DNA of 64,000 bases from Bacteroidales bacterium (lineage in GTDB: Bacteria; Bacteroidota; Bacteroidia; Bacteroidales; UBA1556), in the NCBI GenBank assembly GCA_027064095.1, contig JAMOQI010000080.1, forward strand, positions 13,620 to 77,619. Reading direction: 5' to 3'. Within the stretch, counting starts at the first letter, position 1. Every line of letters starts with the position of its first letter. Position numbers and translations under genes: made by a program. The notes beneath the pieces are model-generated. The model did no database searches. It was given only the letters and a program-made list of their open reading frames with translations, and was not told where the DNA came from. Shown here in pieces: positions 30,515-39,546 of this stretch.

Positions 30515-31576
30515 ATGCACAAAATCTATTTTTTAAATCTCGTTTTCTTTCTTCTTTTAACATCTTGTACCGAAAAAATAATAGAAGATCCTATTAAAAT
30601 CGCCCCAGATTCAAAAGCTATATATATAAGTAATGAGGGAGCATTTGGTTATAACAATGCCTCATTATCAGTTTACTACCCCGAGACAGACAAGCTTGAG
30701 AATAAAGTGTTTAAAAAAATAAATGGACGAGGATTAGGAGATGTATTACAATCGATATATCATTATGATGATAAACTTTATTATGTTGTTAATGCATCTT
30801 CGAAAATAGAGATTTCAAATGCAAATACATTTGAAGAAAAAGGTACAATTACAAATATTACTTCTCCCAGATATATGCATATAATTGATAATAAAGCATA
30901 TATAAGTTGCTGGGGCGATGGTGGACAAATTGTGGTAGTAGATTTAAAAGATAATAATATTGTCAAGAAAATTGATGTTGGTAATGGCCCTGAGAAGATA
31001 CTTTCCACCAAAGATAATTTAATAGTATGCAATAGTGGAGGCTTTACAACTGATAGCACTATTTCAATAATTAATTTAACAACAAATAATGTAATTAAGA
31101 CATTAAAAGTGGGGGATGTACCTTCTGATGTTAAATTTAATTCTGACTCAAGTTATTTTTATGTTTTATGCAAAGGAAAAACTATTTACGATGCTTCATG
31201 GAATGTAATTGGGCATACTGCCAGCAAATTGGTAAAAATATTAAGTAGTAATTTTACTATAGAAAGCAAAAATACTTTGTTTCAACAAAGACATCCTTCG
31301 CAGCTTGTTTACAATAATCTTGAAGACAAATTTTTTATAGGAGGAGGTTATGGATTCCAAGGCATTTATAATTACGAATTAGACCAAGAAAAACTTGACA
31401 CCAACGCCCTAATAGATAAAAGTTTTTATGGGATTTCTGCCGACAGTAAGGGAAACTTATATGGTTTTGAAAGTACAGACTTTTCAAGCCAAGGAAAAAT
31501 GGTAATAATGGATTTCCAAGGTAATATTCTTAAAGAAGCTAAAGTCGGCATTGGCCCAAATGGAATGACAGAATAA
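30515..31576 (+). CDS. BtuG-like beta-propeller surface lipoprotein
   Basis: LTSC lipobox, NEGAFG..NASLS, LGDVLQS, SPRY, VGIGP. 1 nt after btuB. Confidence 0.8.
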   Translation: MHKIYFLNLVFFLLLTSCTEKIIEDPIKIAPDSKAIYISNEGAFGYNNASLSVYYPETDKLENKVFKKINGRGLGDVLQSIYHYDDKLYYVVNASSKIEISNANTFEEKGTITNITSPRYMHIIDNKAYISCWGDGGQIVVVDLKDNNIVKKIDVGNGPEKILSTKDNLIVCNSGGFTTDSTISIINLTTNNVIKTLKVGDVPSDVKFNSDSSYFYVLCKGKTIYDASWNVIGHTASKLVKILSSNFTIESKNTLFQQRHPSQLVYNNLEDKFFIGGGYGFQGIYNYELDQEKLDTNALIDKSFYGISADSKGNLYGFESTDFSSQGKMVIMDFQGNILKEAKVGIGPNGMTE

Positions 31577-31592
31577 CCTAAATATTAATAAC

Positions 31593-32210
31593 CTATTTTT
31601 CTATATTATACCTAATTAAATTATAAGTCCTAACATTACCGTAAATTGGGAAATCCTGACGTAACACCAAACCTACACCCTTAGCATAGAAATAATGGCT
31701 TTTTGAAGTAAGATTAAGAAATGGCAAATATCTTGTCATCTCAGCATCTAAGGTATTAAAAGTCCCTGCCATACATATTGTAGGCTTATCAGGCATACGC
31801 ATAAGTCTATATGTAAAATTCAGTGTATCATTATTAAGACTAGGGATAACATTCTTGTATAATGTGTCAGTAAAGTTCATCGGGTTAAAAAACTTTTGGC
31901 CAGTCTCATCTACCAAATACATAGCAGAATCTCTAAGAAACTGCTTATAGATTAGTGAAGAACTACTTTTAAAAACATAATAAATATCCCCATTTATATT
32001 TGTATCTGACTCAATATAAGTACTATCGTAAGATACAAATGTAGCATTACCCAAAGTATCAACAGTAGAAACATCATAAACCCAATAACTTCCAACAGAC
32101 ATAGGAGTAAAAGTTTCAAGCCCAATTTTATAAATAGTAACTTCTTCTTGTTTTTTGCATGAGATAGTTGAAATAAAGACTATTAAACTTAAAATGTACA
32201 AATATTTCAT
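31593..32210 (-). CDS. Hypothetical lipoprotein, last gene of the PqqD operon
   Basis: TISC lipobox, PMSVGSYWVY, AGTF, YAKGVGLV. Confidence 0.65.
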   Translation of the reverse strand: MKYLYILSLIVFISTISCKKQEEVTIYKIGLETFTPMSVGSYWVYDVSTVDTLGNATFVSYDSTYIESDTNINGDIYYVFKSSSSLIYKQFLRDSAMYLVDETGQKFFNPMNFTDTLYKNVIPSLNNDTLNFTYRLMRMPDKPTICMAGTFNTLDAEMTRYLPFLNLTSKSHYFYAKGVGLVLRQDFPIYGNVRTYNLIRYNIEK

Positions 32211-32226
32211 AATAAACCTTTTAATG

Positions 32227-32841
32227 CTATTTAATATTTTCTAAACCGGATTTAGCAGATTCGTCACCAGGATTTAACCACATCACTCTTTCAAAAAGCA
32301 CTTTAGCTTCTCGATATTTACTCATATAATAATTATTCCAAGCTGAATTTAAAACCACATCGTAGGTAAAAGGATACATATTAAGTAGCAACTGTAAATA
32401 ATTATCCGCAGCTTTATATTCTGTCCTGTTGAGATAAATCTGCCCTAAACGAAGGTTTGCTGTATAATTATATTTATCAATCTTAAGGACTTTCTTATAC
32501 GCAATAATTACTTTTTCCCAATTTCCCATAGCAGAAGCGGGAAATGTTAAGCCCAACAAAGCCTCAATACTTAGAGGCCTTAATTCGGAGCATTTAGTAT
32601 AATAAGCAAGGCTTTCTGTATATTGACCGGCTTCGTATGATAGCCAAGCCAAGCGAATATTTATTTCATAAGAACTTGCATTATAAACCTTTTTCATCTG
32701 ATTTACCGCCTTTGAATATTCGCCTTTTACTTCATTTGCATAGCTATTTTTAAAAGCAACCTCAATATTATCTTGAGCCATAATAAAATTATAAAAACCT
32801 GCAAAAATTATTATTAAAGTTATTTTTCTTAGAACTTCCAT
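32227..32841 (-). CDS. Exported TPR protein
   Basis: Signal peptide and repeated LRL(A/G)...Y..A...Y helical pairs. Confidence 0.85.
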   Translation of the reverse strand: MEVLRKITLIIIFAGFYNFIMAQDNIEVAFKNSYANEVKGEYSKAVNQMKKVYNASSYEINIRLAWLSYEAGQYTESLAYYTKCSELRPLSIEALLGLTFPASAMGNWEKVIIAYKKVLKIDKYNYTANLRLGQIYLNRTEYKAADNYLQLLLNMYPFTYDVVLNSAWNNYYMSKYREAKVLFERVMWLNPGDESAKSGLENIK

Positions 32842-34148
32842 TGTAATCCTCCTAAAACGTTTATTTGTTGATAATTAATTTTTTCTAAATCGTAAATATT
32901 ACTATAACTAATCTCTTCCTTCTCTGTATATTTCCAAAAATATTGAGCACCTAAAAATAAATTAATATGCTTATTTAATACATAAATAAATTTACTCCCA
33001 ACCAATCCGTGGGTATGGTTGGGTATTTCGTAAGAATAATTATTACTTAAAAGTGTAAAATTCTTTACATCACCATAAATTCCGATAACCTCCAGCCATA
33101 ATTTAGGAATAAGTTTTAAACCAACTTTTTGATAAAATATTGGTCGTAAAGAGCCAATACCATCATGAAATGCATGTAATTGAGTAATAGAATAAAAGTC
33201 AATATTTCCTTTAGGGAACCAAGAGAAAGAAGCTCCTGCTTGTAACTGCAAATCGGATTTTCCAAAGTTAGAAACAACTCCACTTAAACCCCAAATACTA
33301 TTTTTATAGACATGCTCATATTGCATTCCACCCATAAAACTAATTGTTGAAAAATTAGCATAGCCCAAACTCATATCAAGGGAGTCAACAACACCATAAG
33401 TTTTTCCGTTGACTTTCGAAAAACCTCCGGCAATAGAAATATTATTTGTTCTATCAAACCAATACTTTGGCTTAATATTAACAGCATTCTGGCGCAAAGT
33501 AAACCTTCTTATCTCAAATACATTTGAATTCTCCACAGCAGTTATCATTTGTAACTTTGCATAGTTATAATTAAAATCAAGCTCAATATTCTTAGTTATT
33601 AAACCTGAATACATAATACCGGCCAAACCAATAGAATTTTCATAATTAGTTTGAGAAATTAAAGAATTATCATTTGCCCTAAATTTATTAGATTCTATCA
33701 ACGGGACCATATTTCCATATAAACCAAAAAAGTATAAATTACCCTTATAATTAATGCCGGCAAAATTCTCTATGGTATCGGCAACACCCCACAAATTATA
33801 TGCTGCCATATTCTGCTTTGAATACAAAAGAGACAGAAAATACTTTTCTTTAAAAAAGGAATCTAAAATTGCTGACTTATTCTGCTTATATGCTTTATTT
33901 AAATAGAATGAAGACATAAAAAAATTAGAAGTATAGTAATAAGCAACTCCTAATCTATAATTTAGATAATAATAATCAAATCCCTGCTTCTCAGCTTCTT
34001 TACCAAATATTATTAATGAGTCCCAACTAGAAGCATAATAATATGACAATGATTTTGACTCCACCGTCTTAAAATTTATATCCTCCTGTGCATTTGAAAC
34101 TATAACTCCTATTATAAAAGAAAAAACTATAATTAATATAAAACGCAT
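32829..34148 (-). CDS. Outer-membrane protein: N-terminal TPR-like region plus beta-barrel
   Basis: Signal MRFILIIV...SNA, YRLGVAYY helix, alternating aromatic beta-strands, C-terminal GGLQWKF beta-signal. Confidence 0.65.
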   Translation of the reverse strand: MRFILIIVFSFIIGVIVSNAQEDINFKTVESKSLSYYYASSWDSLIIFGKEAEKQGFDYYYLNYRLGVAYYYTSNFFMSSFYLNKAYKQNKSAILDSFFKEKYFLSLLYSKQNMAAYNLWGVADTIENFAGINYKGNLYFFGLYGNMVPLIESNKFRANDNSLISQTNYENSIGLAGIMYSGLITKNIELDFNYNYAKLQMITAVENSNVFEIRRFTLRQNAVNIKPKYWFDRTNNISIAGGFSKVNGKTYGVVDSLDMSLGYANFSTISFMGGMQYEHVYKNSIWGLSGVVSNFGKSDLQLQAGASFSWFPKGNIDFYSITQLHAFHDGIGSLRPIFYQKVGLKLIPKLWLEVIGIYGDVKNFTLLSNNYSYEIPNHTHGLVGSKFIYVLNKHINLFLGAQYFWKYTEKEEISYSNIYDLEKINYQQINVLGGLQWKF

Positions 34149-34152
34149 AATT

Positions 34153-36348
34153 CTATAATCTTTTAAATACAAATTCTTTATTATTCTTCTGTACTTTCCA
34201 AATAAAATCAGTAGAAGAATATTTAAATTCAGCGGTAATATTACCAATAGATTTATTAAATATTATATCATTATACTCAGACTTAAGCTCTAATTCACTA
34301 TCATCAAAAAACTGTTTTCTGGATAAATACCGTATTTTAAAAACAGGTCTAATAAAAATATAAAAAGGAGCTATAAAATCTTGCAAAAACATCAGTATTT
34401 TAGCATTAGAAATGGTTGCAGGTAAAAAGTCATTTACTTCAATACCTTTATAATAACCAAATATCATACGATATGAAGTCAGATAAAACCAATATAAAGG
34501 GTCAGATTTTGAGCCATTGTAGGATGTAAAAATCAGCTCTTCTTCATTAGCTCTAAAATAAGCATAGCTCTTTGTATAAGGACTATATAAATATGTTTGA
34601 TTATAAAAATCCAAACCCACAATCCATTTAATCTGCTCTTTATTAAACCCTTTATCAGAATTAGTTGATACCAACTCCCATTCTATTTCCATGCCTGGCA
34701 CAAACTTAAATTTCGATTTCAGACTAGAGTCTATTTCTATATTACTTACAATATCATTCAATTTAGGAGCCCCATTATTAACAAAATTAAACTTAGAATT
34801 CTCTTCGCTAATATATGGGCCAATGAGATAATTCAATGTCTTGGAACCGACATAAGGAGTAGATTGCAACTGAAAGTGCAAATGAGGAAATGGTGAACGA
34901 CCGGAATTACCTACTGTTGCGAGTATTTCTCCTTTTTTAACATACTGACCTTTTTCAACTCTAAAACTCCCTTTTTTGATATGACTTACTTGGCTGTAGA
35001 GATATTGAGCATGCTTAATTACAATACTATTACCCCAATTATGCTCAATATCCACATCTCCAATCTTGTTATCTTCATACAAATCAACAATTTCCACAAC
35101 TTCACCATCGGCAGGCGCAATTATAGGCTTATTGTAGCAGTAATAATCCTGTGGTAAATTACCATCACCATCATATTCCAAACCATTTTCGGCAATAACA
35201 AAATCCCATGCATGTTTCCAGTCCTTTTGATGAGTATATTCTCCATTATGAGCCTGATTAACAAGCCATTTTCCAGAGAATGGGAAATGAATAGAAATCA
35301 TTGATTTATCACCAAATCTGGTATAATAATTCTGATTAGAATATAAATTTTTCTCCGGAGAAAACTTCTGTAAACTAACCAGTTCCGGCTTTCTAAAAAA
35401 TCGTTCTCGATACTTTAATACTAACAAGAAGCTTATCACAACAATATTTACCGGCAGTGAATATGTTGAAAGTTGAAAAATAGAAAGCACGTCGGTAGTT
35501 CCTGTTACCAATATTGACAACAAAGGAATAAGTAGGACTACTATCACAAAAGAATATATGGAAGGTATAATAAAAAAACCACCAATGGCAATTGCCGAAA
35601 GAATAAAGTTAAAACCTATATATCCATAATTCAATTCTCCCAAACTGGCACCAATAAACTGGTAATAGAAATAGGCTGCATAGAACCCTATTAAACTAAG
35701 CAAGAAAGATATACGAGAATTTATAAGTAAAGCTATTGCAATAATAATACCTGCATAAATATTATATTGAAAGAAAATAGCTCCCAATGAAATAAAGTAT
35801 AGACTTAATGACTCTGGAATGGCAATATCATTAAATACAAAATGCGTTTGCAACAAATCATTACCACCAATCAAAACAATATCATTATAGGCATAAACGC
35901 CTATTTCACTTATTTCTAAACTCCCATAATGTCTGGCAGCAAGGCTAACCATCCATATACCAAACAAAAATGGTAAACTTAAAAACGGCAATGCATATTT
36001 ATTGAGAATAGCTTCCAATACAACAGTTACAAATAAAGTTAATATTGATGAAAATATTAGCAATAACAAAAACTGCCAGTTGAACTGATAATAAATACCT
36101 AATCCTAAACCAACTAATAAGCTATTAAAACCATATAATCCATTAATTATTTTAGTACGATTAAGTCCAAGAAAATAAGCTGTAATATGACTTGAGGCAA
36201 TGGCTATCACTCCGCTAACACCTGCATTTAAATTAAAGAAAGAAACCAATAACAATATCAAACCTAACAATCTACCATCAGAGAAAAATATCTGAGAGTA
36301 AGAATTCAATATGCTATAAACAACCGACTTTATTTTAGACTTAATCAT
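34153..36348 (-). CDS. Urea-transporter-like membrane domain fused to an M23 peptidase domain
   Basis: UT repeats (SQIFF, GLYGFN, LSLPF / GAIFF, GYIGFN, YSLPV), then HAWDF, WGNSIVIKH, VKKGEILATVGNSGRSPFPHLHFQ. Confidence 0.85.
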   Translation of the reverse strand: MIKSKIKSVVYSILNSYSQIFFSDGRLLGLILLLVSFFNLNAGVSGVIAIASSHITAYFLGLNRTKIINGLYGFNSLLVGLGLGIYYQFNWQFLLLLIFSSILTLFVTVVLEAILNKYALPFLSLPFLFGIWMVSLAARHYGSLEISEIGVYAYNDIVLIGGNDLLQTHFVFNDIAIPESLSLYFISLGAIFFQYNIYAGIIIAIALLINSRISFLLSLIGFYAAYFYYQFIGASLGELNYGYIGFNFILSAIAIGGFFIIPSIYSFVIVVLLIPLLSILVTGTTDVLSIFQLSTYSLPVNIVVISFLLVLKYRERFFRKPELVSLQKFSPEKNLYSNQNYYTRFGDKSMISIHFPFSGKWLVNQAHNGEYTHQKDWKHAWDFVIAENGLEYDGDGNLPQDYYCYNKPIIAPADGEVVEIVDLYEDNKIGDVDIEHNWGNSIVIKHAQYLYSQVSHIKKGSFRVEKGQYVKKGEILATVGNSGRSPFPHLHFQLQSTPYVGSKTLNYLIGPYISEENSKFNFVNNGAPKLNDIVSNIEIDSSLKSKFKFVPGMEIEWELVSTNSDKGFNKEQIKWIVGLDFYNQTYLYSPYTKSYAYFRANEEELIFTSYNGSKSDPLYWFYLTSYRMIFGYYKGIEVNDFLPATISNAKILMFLQDFIAPFYIFIRPVFKIRYLSRKQFFDDSELELKSEYNDIIFNKSIGNITAEFKYSSTDFIWKVQKNNKEFVFKRL

Positions 36349-36359
36349 ATAATAAAATA

Positions 36360-37718
36360 TTAGAGCTCAAATGTACTCAAATGTTCCGGAATCTTCTCAA
36401 AATTAGAGATACTGCTCATATCTTCACCTTTACGAATCACCTCTACTTTAGAATCTTCAGTAATCATTACCACCTTGGGACGTAGGGTAATAAACTGCAT
36501 CCACTGAGTCATATTATAAGCTCCAACGCGATGAATCACCACATTATCGCCTTTACTTAAAGGAGGCAAGCTTGCATTATCCCTAATAACATCAATATTC
36601 ATACAAAGTGGACCGTAGAGAACAGTATCTTCCACATGATGTGAGAACTCTTGAGCAGGAGTAATCTTATGATCGTACCAAAAACTTGTAAAAAGTAAAT
36701 TTACACCTATATTGAGAACGGTAGTACGCTTTCCTGTACTGCTTCTTTTGTTGGCAATAACTGTACCCAAAAGATAACCTGCATCATCAACTAATGCACG
36801 ACCTGTTTCCAATATCAAAGTTGGTAAATGATCGGGATGGATATTACTATTCAAGAGAGCAGAAGTAATAGCCTCTGCATAATCATCAAAAGTAGGGTTG
36901 GTATCTTCGGCAGGCAAATAAGCACCTTTAAGAGTATTTTTTGATGCAAAGCCTCCACCAAGGTCAATATATTTCACATAATGATCATACTTCTGTTTTA
37001 AGCCAACAGCAAGGTCAGCAAGCTTAGTTGCTGCTACACCATATGGTTCAGCAGTCATCATATATGTTCCAATGTGTGCATGAAGTCCTATAAGATCCAT
37101 TTTCTTTGACATCATAATCTTATTAAGAGCATCCCAAGCCTGCCCATTCTCATAATTAAATCCAAAACGGTCCCACATAGGATAAATTCCAGTATCCATA
37201 TTCACACGAATAGCCACTTGGGGTCGAATATTTAGTTCTTCCACTAAATTTAATATCATATAATACTCATCAAGGTGGTCGATATGAATAAGTGATTTAT
37301 TCTTAATAGCCATACGAAGATCATCCTCTGTTTTATCCGGTCCATTAAAGATAATATACCTACCATCAACACCATTGCCTCTAGCCTTATCATACTCAAA
37401 ACCAGAAACCACCTCTGCCCATGAGCCCTCTTGGTGGAAAGTGTTACATACAGCACTTATATAATTTGTCTTATAGCTCCAAGCAAACTGTACTTTAGGA
37501 TATCTAGTGCTGAAAGCACGATAAGCATTTCTGAAAGTTTTGCGCAATGTACTCTCAGATATTACATATACAGGAGAACCATGTTCTTCAATAATATCTT
37601 TTACAGCAACATTATCAATATGAGTTTTTGGAACAAACTCAGTCCTCATACCAAACTTATTTGGCATAGCATTCTCTAATCTTTTTATAAGCGGGCGTTC
37701 ATATTTCAATTTAGTCAT
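36360..37718 (-). CDS. Fold-type III PLP decarboxylase (LysA/ODC-like, atypical)
   Basis: GSPVYV, WSYKTN (PLP Lys), HAHIG, DLGGGF, ETGR, GPLCMNID, GAY. Confidence 0.85.
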   Translation of the reverse strand: MTKLKYERPLIKRLENAMPNKFGMRTEFVPKTHIDNVAVKDIIEEHGSPVYVISESTLRKTFRNAYRAFSTRYPKVQFAWSYKTNYISAVCNTFHQEGSWAEVVSGFEYDKARGNGVDGRYIIFNGPDKTEDDLRMAIKNKSLIHIDHLDEYYMILNLVEELNIRPQVAIRVNMDTGIYPMWDRFGFNYENGQAWDALNKIMMSKKMDLIGLHAHIGTYMMTAEPYGVAATKLADLAVGLKQKYDHYVKYIDLGGGFASKNTLKGAYLPAEDTNPTFDDYAEAITSALLNSNIHPDHLPTLILETGRALVDDAGYLLGTVIANKRSSTGKRTTVLNIGVNLLFTSFWYDHKITPAQEFSHHVEDTVLYGPLCMNIDVIRDNASLPPLSKGDNVVIHRVGAYNMTQWMQFITLRPKVVMITEDSKVEVIRKGEDMSSISNFEKIPEHLSTFEL

Positions 37719-37743
37719 AATATTTCTTTTATTAAGTTAAGGT

Positions 37744-38787
37744 TTATAATTCTCCTTGTGAAGATATTTTTTCAAATTCATCAATATTAACAATCATATC
37801 GTAGGCATAGCGGACAAACATTTTACCAATATCGTAACATTGATATGGTTTAATGGTATTACCAACAGCTAAATTTACCAATGCTTCAGGAATGTTTTGT
37901 CCAACACCAACAGCCAAATATATCCAAGCAGGCATTCTAGGATTTATTTCCAAAAGATGATAAGTGCCATCTTGCGAACGCATCAGTTCTAACTCAAATC
38001 CTCCACGCCATTTAGTTTGTTTTATAAAATGATGAGTAAGCTCAATAAGTTCACTATTATCAATAGATATTCCTCCCCAAGCTTTGCCTTTATCTGTAAT
38101 ATATTGTTTACGCATTGGCACTGCAGCAATAGTATTTCCTTCACCATCGCCAAGCCCTGTAACATTATACTCATCTCCACGGATATATTCCTGCACCACA
38201 ATTGGCAAACCCCATTTTGCACTTACTTTATTGAAGAATGTCTTGGCCTGCTCAATATTATAAGCGATATATGCATCGTAGAATTTGCCTTTTACTAATA
38301 TAGGAAAAGAATAATCGCTACCTAGCTGATACAATTCAGAAGGGTCATAAACTGCTTTAGACTGAGGAACATTAATATCATACTTTTTACCAAATTCCGG
38401 CAAATTAACTTTATGTCTTTCCTCAAATTGTTGTGAAGTAGGCAAGAAAGTTTTAATATTCATATCTAACAGTGCATTCTCAATTTTCATAAAAGAATAT
38501 AGTTCAGCATCAAAATTTGGAATAATAACATTAATGTTTTCCTTAGTATTTATATATTCTAATCTAGCTTTAAGAACTTCTGTTCCTGCCGAAGGATAAG
38601 GTATTTGATATATTTTATCAAAAAGATCGTGCATATAAATTCCAGGCTCCAACGACTCGTAACTAAATCCAATAAGCCTTGCATCAAATGAAGTTGCTTC
38701 TTTAAGTCCTCGCGCCACAGCAACACCTGGTCCAGGATTATCGATGGCATTTAAACCACTTAACGCAATTGTATATTTAGGCTTCAT
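37744..38787 (-). CDS. ATP-grasp carboxylate-amine ligase
   Basis: PILVKG, VQEYIRGDEY, WRGGFELE, LLEINPR. Start could also be 38805. Confidence 0.9.
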   Translation of the reverse strand: MKPKYTIALSGLNAIDNPGPGVAVARGLKEATSFDARLIGFSYESLEPGIYMHDLFDKIYQIPYPSAGTEVLKARLEYINTKENINVIIPNFDAELYSFMKIENALLDMNIKTFLPTSQQFEERHKVNLPEFGKKYDINVPQSKAVYDPSELYQLGSDYSFPILVKGKFYDAYIAYNIEQAKTFFNKVSAKWGLPIVVQEYIRGDEYNVTGLGDGEGNTIAAVPMRKQYITDKGKAWGGISIDNSELIELTHHFIKQTKWRGGFELELMRSQDGTYHLLEINPRMPAWIYLAVGVGQNIPEALVNLAVGNTIKPYQCYDIGKMFVRYAYDMIVNIDEFEKISSQGEL

Positions 38788-38791
38788 AATA

Positions 38792-39043
38792 CTATGCTTT
38801 ATCATTATCTGTTAACTGATATTGTGATATCATCTCCTTAAAATCTTGCAAATCTTTATCAAAAGTATTAGCATTAGTATCGTATTTACTTAGAAAATAC
38901 TCACAAATTTCGTTATCGCTCTTTCCTTCTTTTATCATATTCAAAATTTCAGTTCCTGTTTGATTTACTGAAAATGATTCTCCTGAACTTGGATTGAAGA
39001 GGAAACCACTGTCGCTAATTGCAATATTTTTATTAATACTCAT
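38792..39043 (-). CDS. Stand-alone PqqD-family protein / RiPP recognition element
   Basis: 83 aa, GFLFNPSSGESFSVNQTGTEILNMI followed by helices (KYD...FDKDLQDF), the PqqD beta3-alpha3 pattern. Confidence 0.85.
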   Translation of the reverse strand: MSINKNIAISDSGFLFNPSSGESFSVNQTGTEILNMIKEGKSDNEICEYFLSKYDTNANTFDKDLQDFKEMISQYQLTDNDKA

Positions 39044-39546
39044 AGTATAAGTTTTAATGATTAATAAATTAGAAATAACACAAAATCAATTGTCATAATT
39101 GAATGTATTATTTCATTGTGCAATTATAACGAGATATTTTAAGTATAGTTTATAGTATTCCTTGAAAAATGTGTAAAATTTTCTTATTCAACTACATTTA
39201 TTTAAATTTATTGAAAATCCAGAAAAGTATTGGTATATAATTGATGATAAGTTGATACAACTTTCTCTACTTTAGGGAGATTATTTTCTAAAATCATAGT
39301 TTTAAAAGCACTTATAATATTGATGACCAATTGATTATGTAATCAAAGGATAAATTTTTATCGAATAATAATAATTGTAAATATATATTATATAAAAAAA
39401 TAATTTCCTATTCCAACTTAAAGACTTAAACTAAAGTTAAAATCTCATCTTTATGAAGATATCATTATTAACAGAGAGATAATTGAGGCTTTTCAAAAGC
39501 CGGCTGAAACGCTAAAAATAAAATATAAAATTACAGTTCTACAATT

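Noticed and set aside
34153-36348. Urea utilisation locus
   Set aside because: No urease or urea carboxylase genes in the window, and the filter motifs are altered.
38792-39043. PQQ biosynthesis
   Set aside because: No pqqA/B/C/E nearby. The PqqD fold here is best read as a generic RRE.
39208-39297. 29-aa minus-strand ORF (MILENNLPKVEKVVSTYHQLYTNTFLDFQ) upstream of pqqD as a RiPP precursor
   Set aside because: No YxxP or graspetide-like core, and a promoter-like TATAATTG (~39121-39128) lies between it and pqqD. An ORF this short is expected by chance. Revisit only if conserved.
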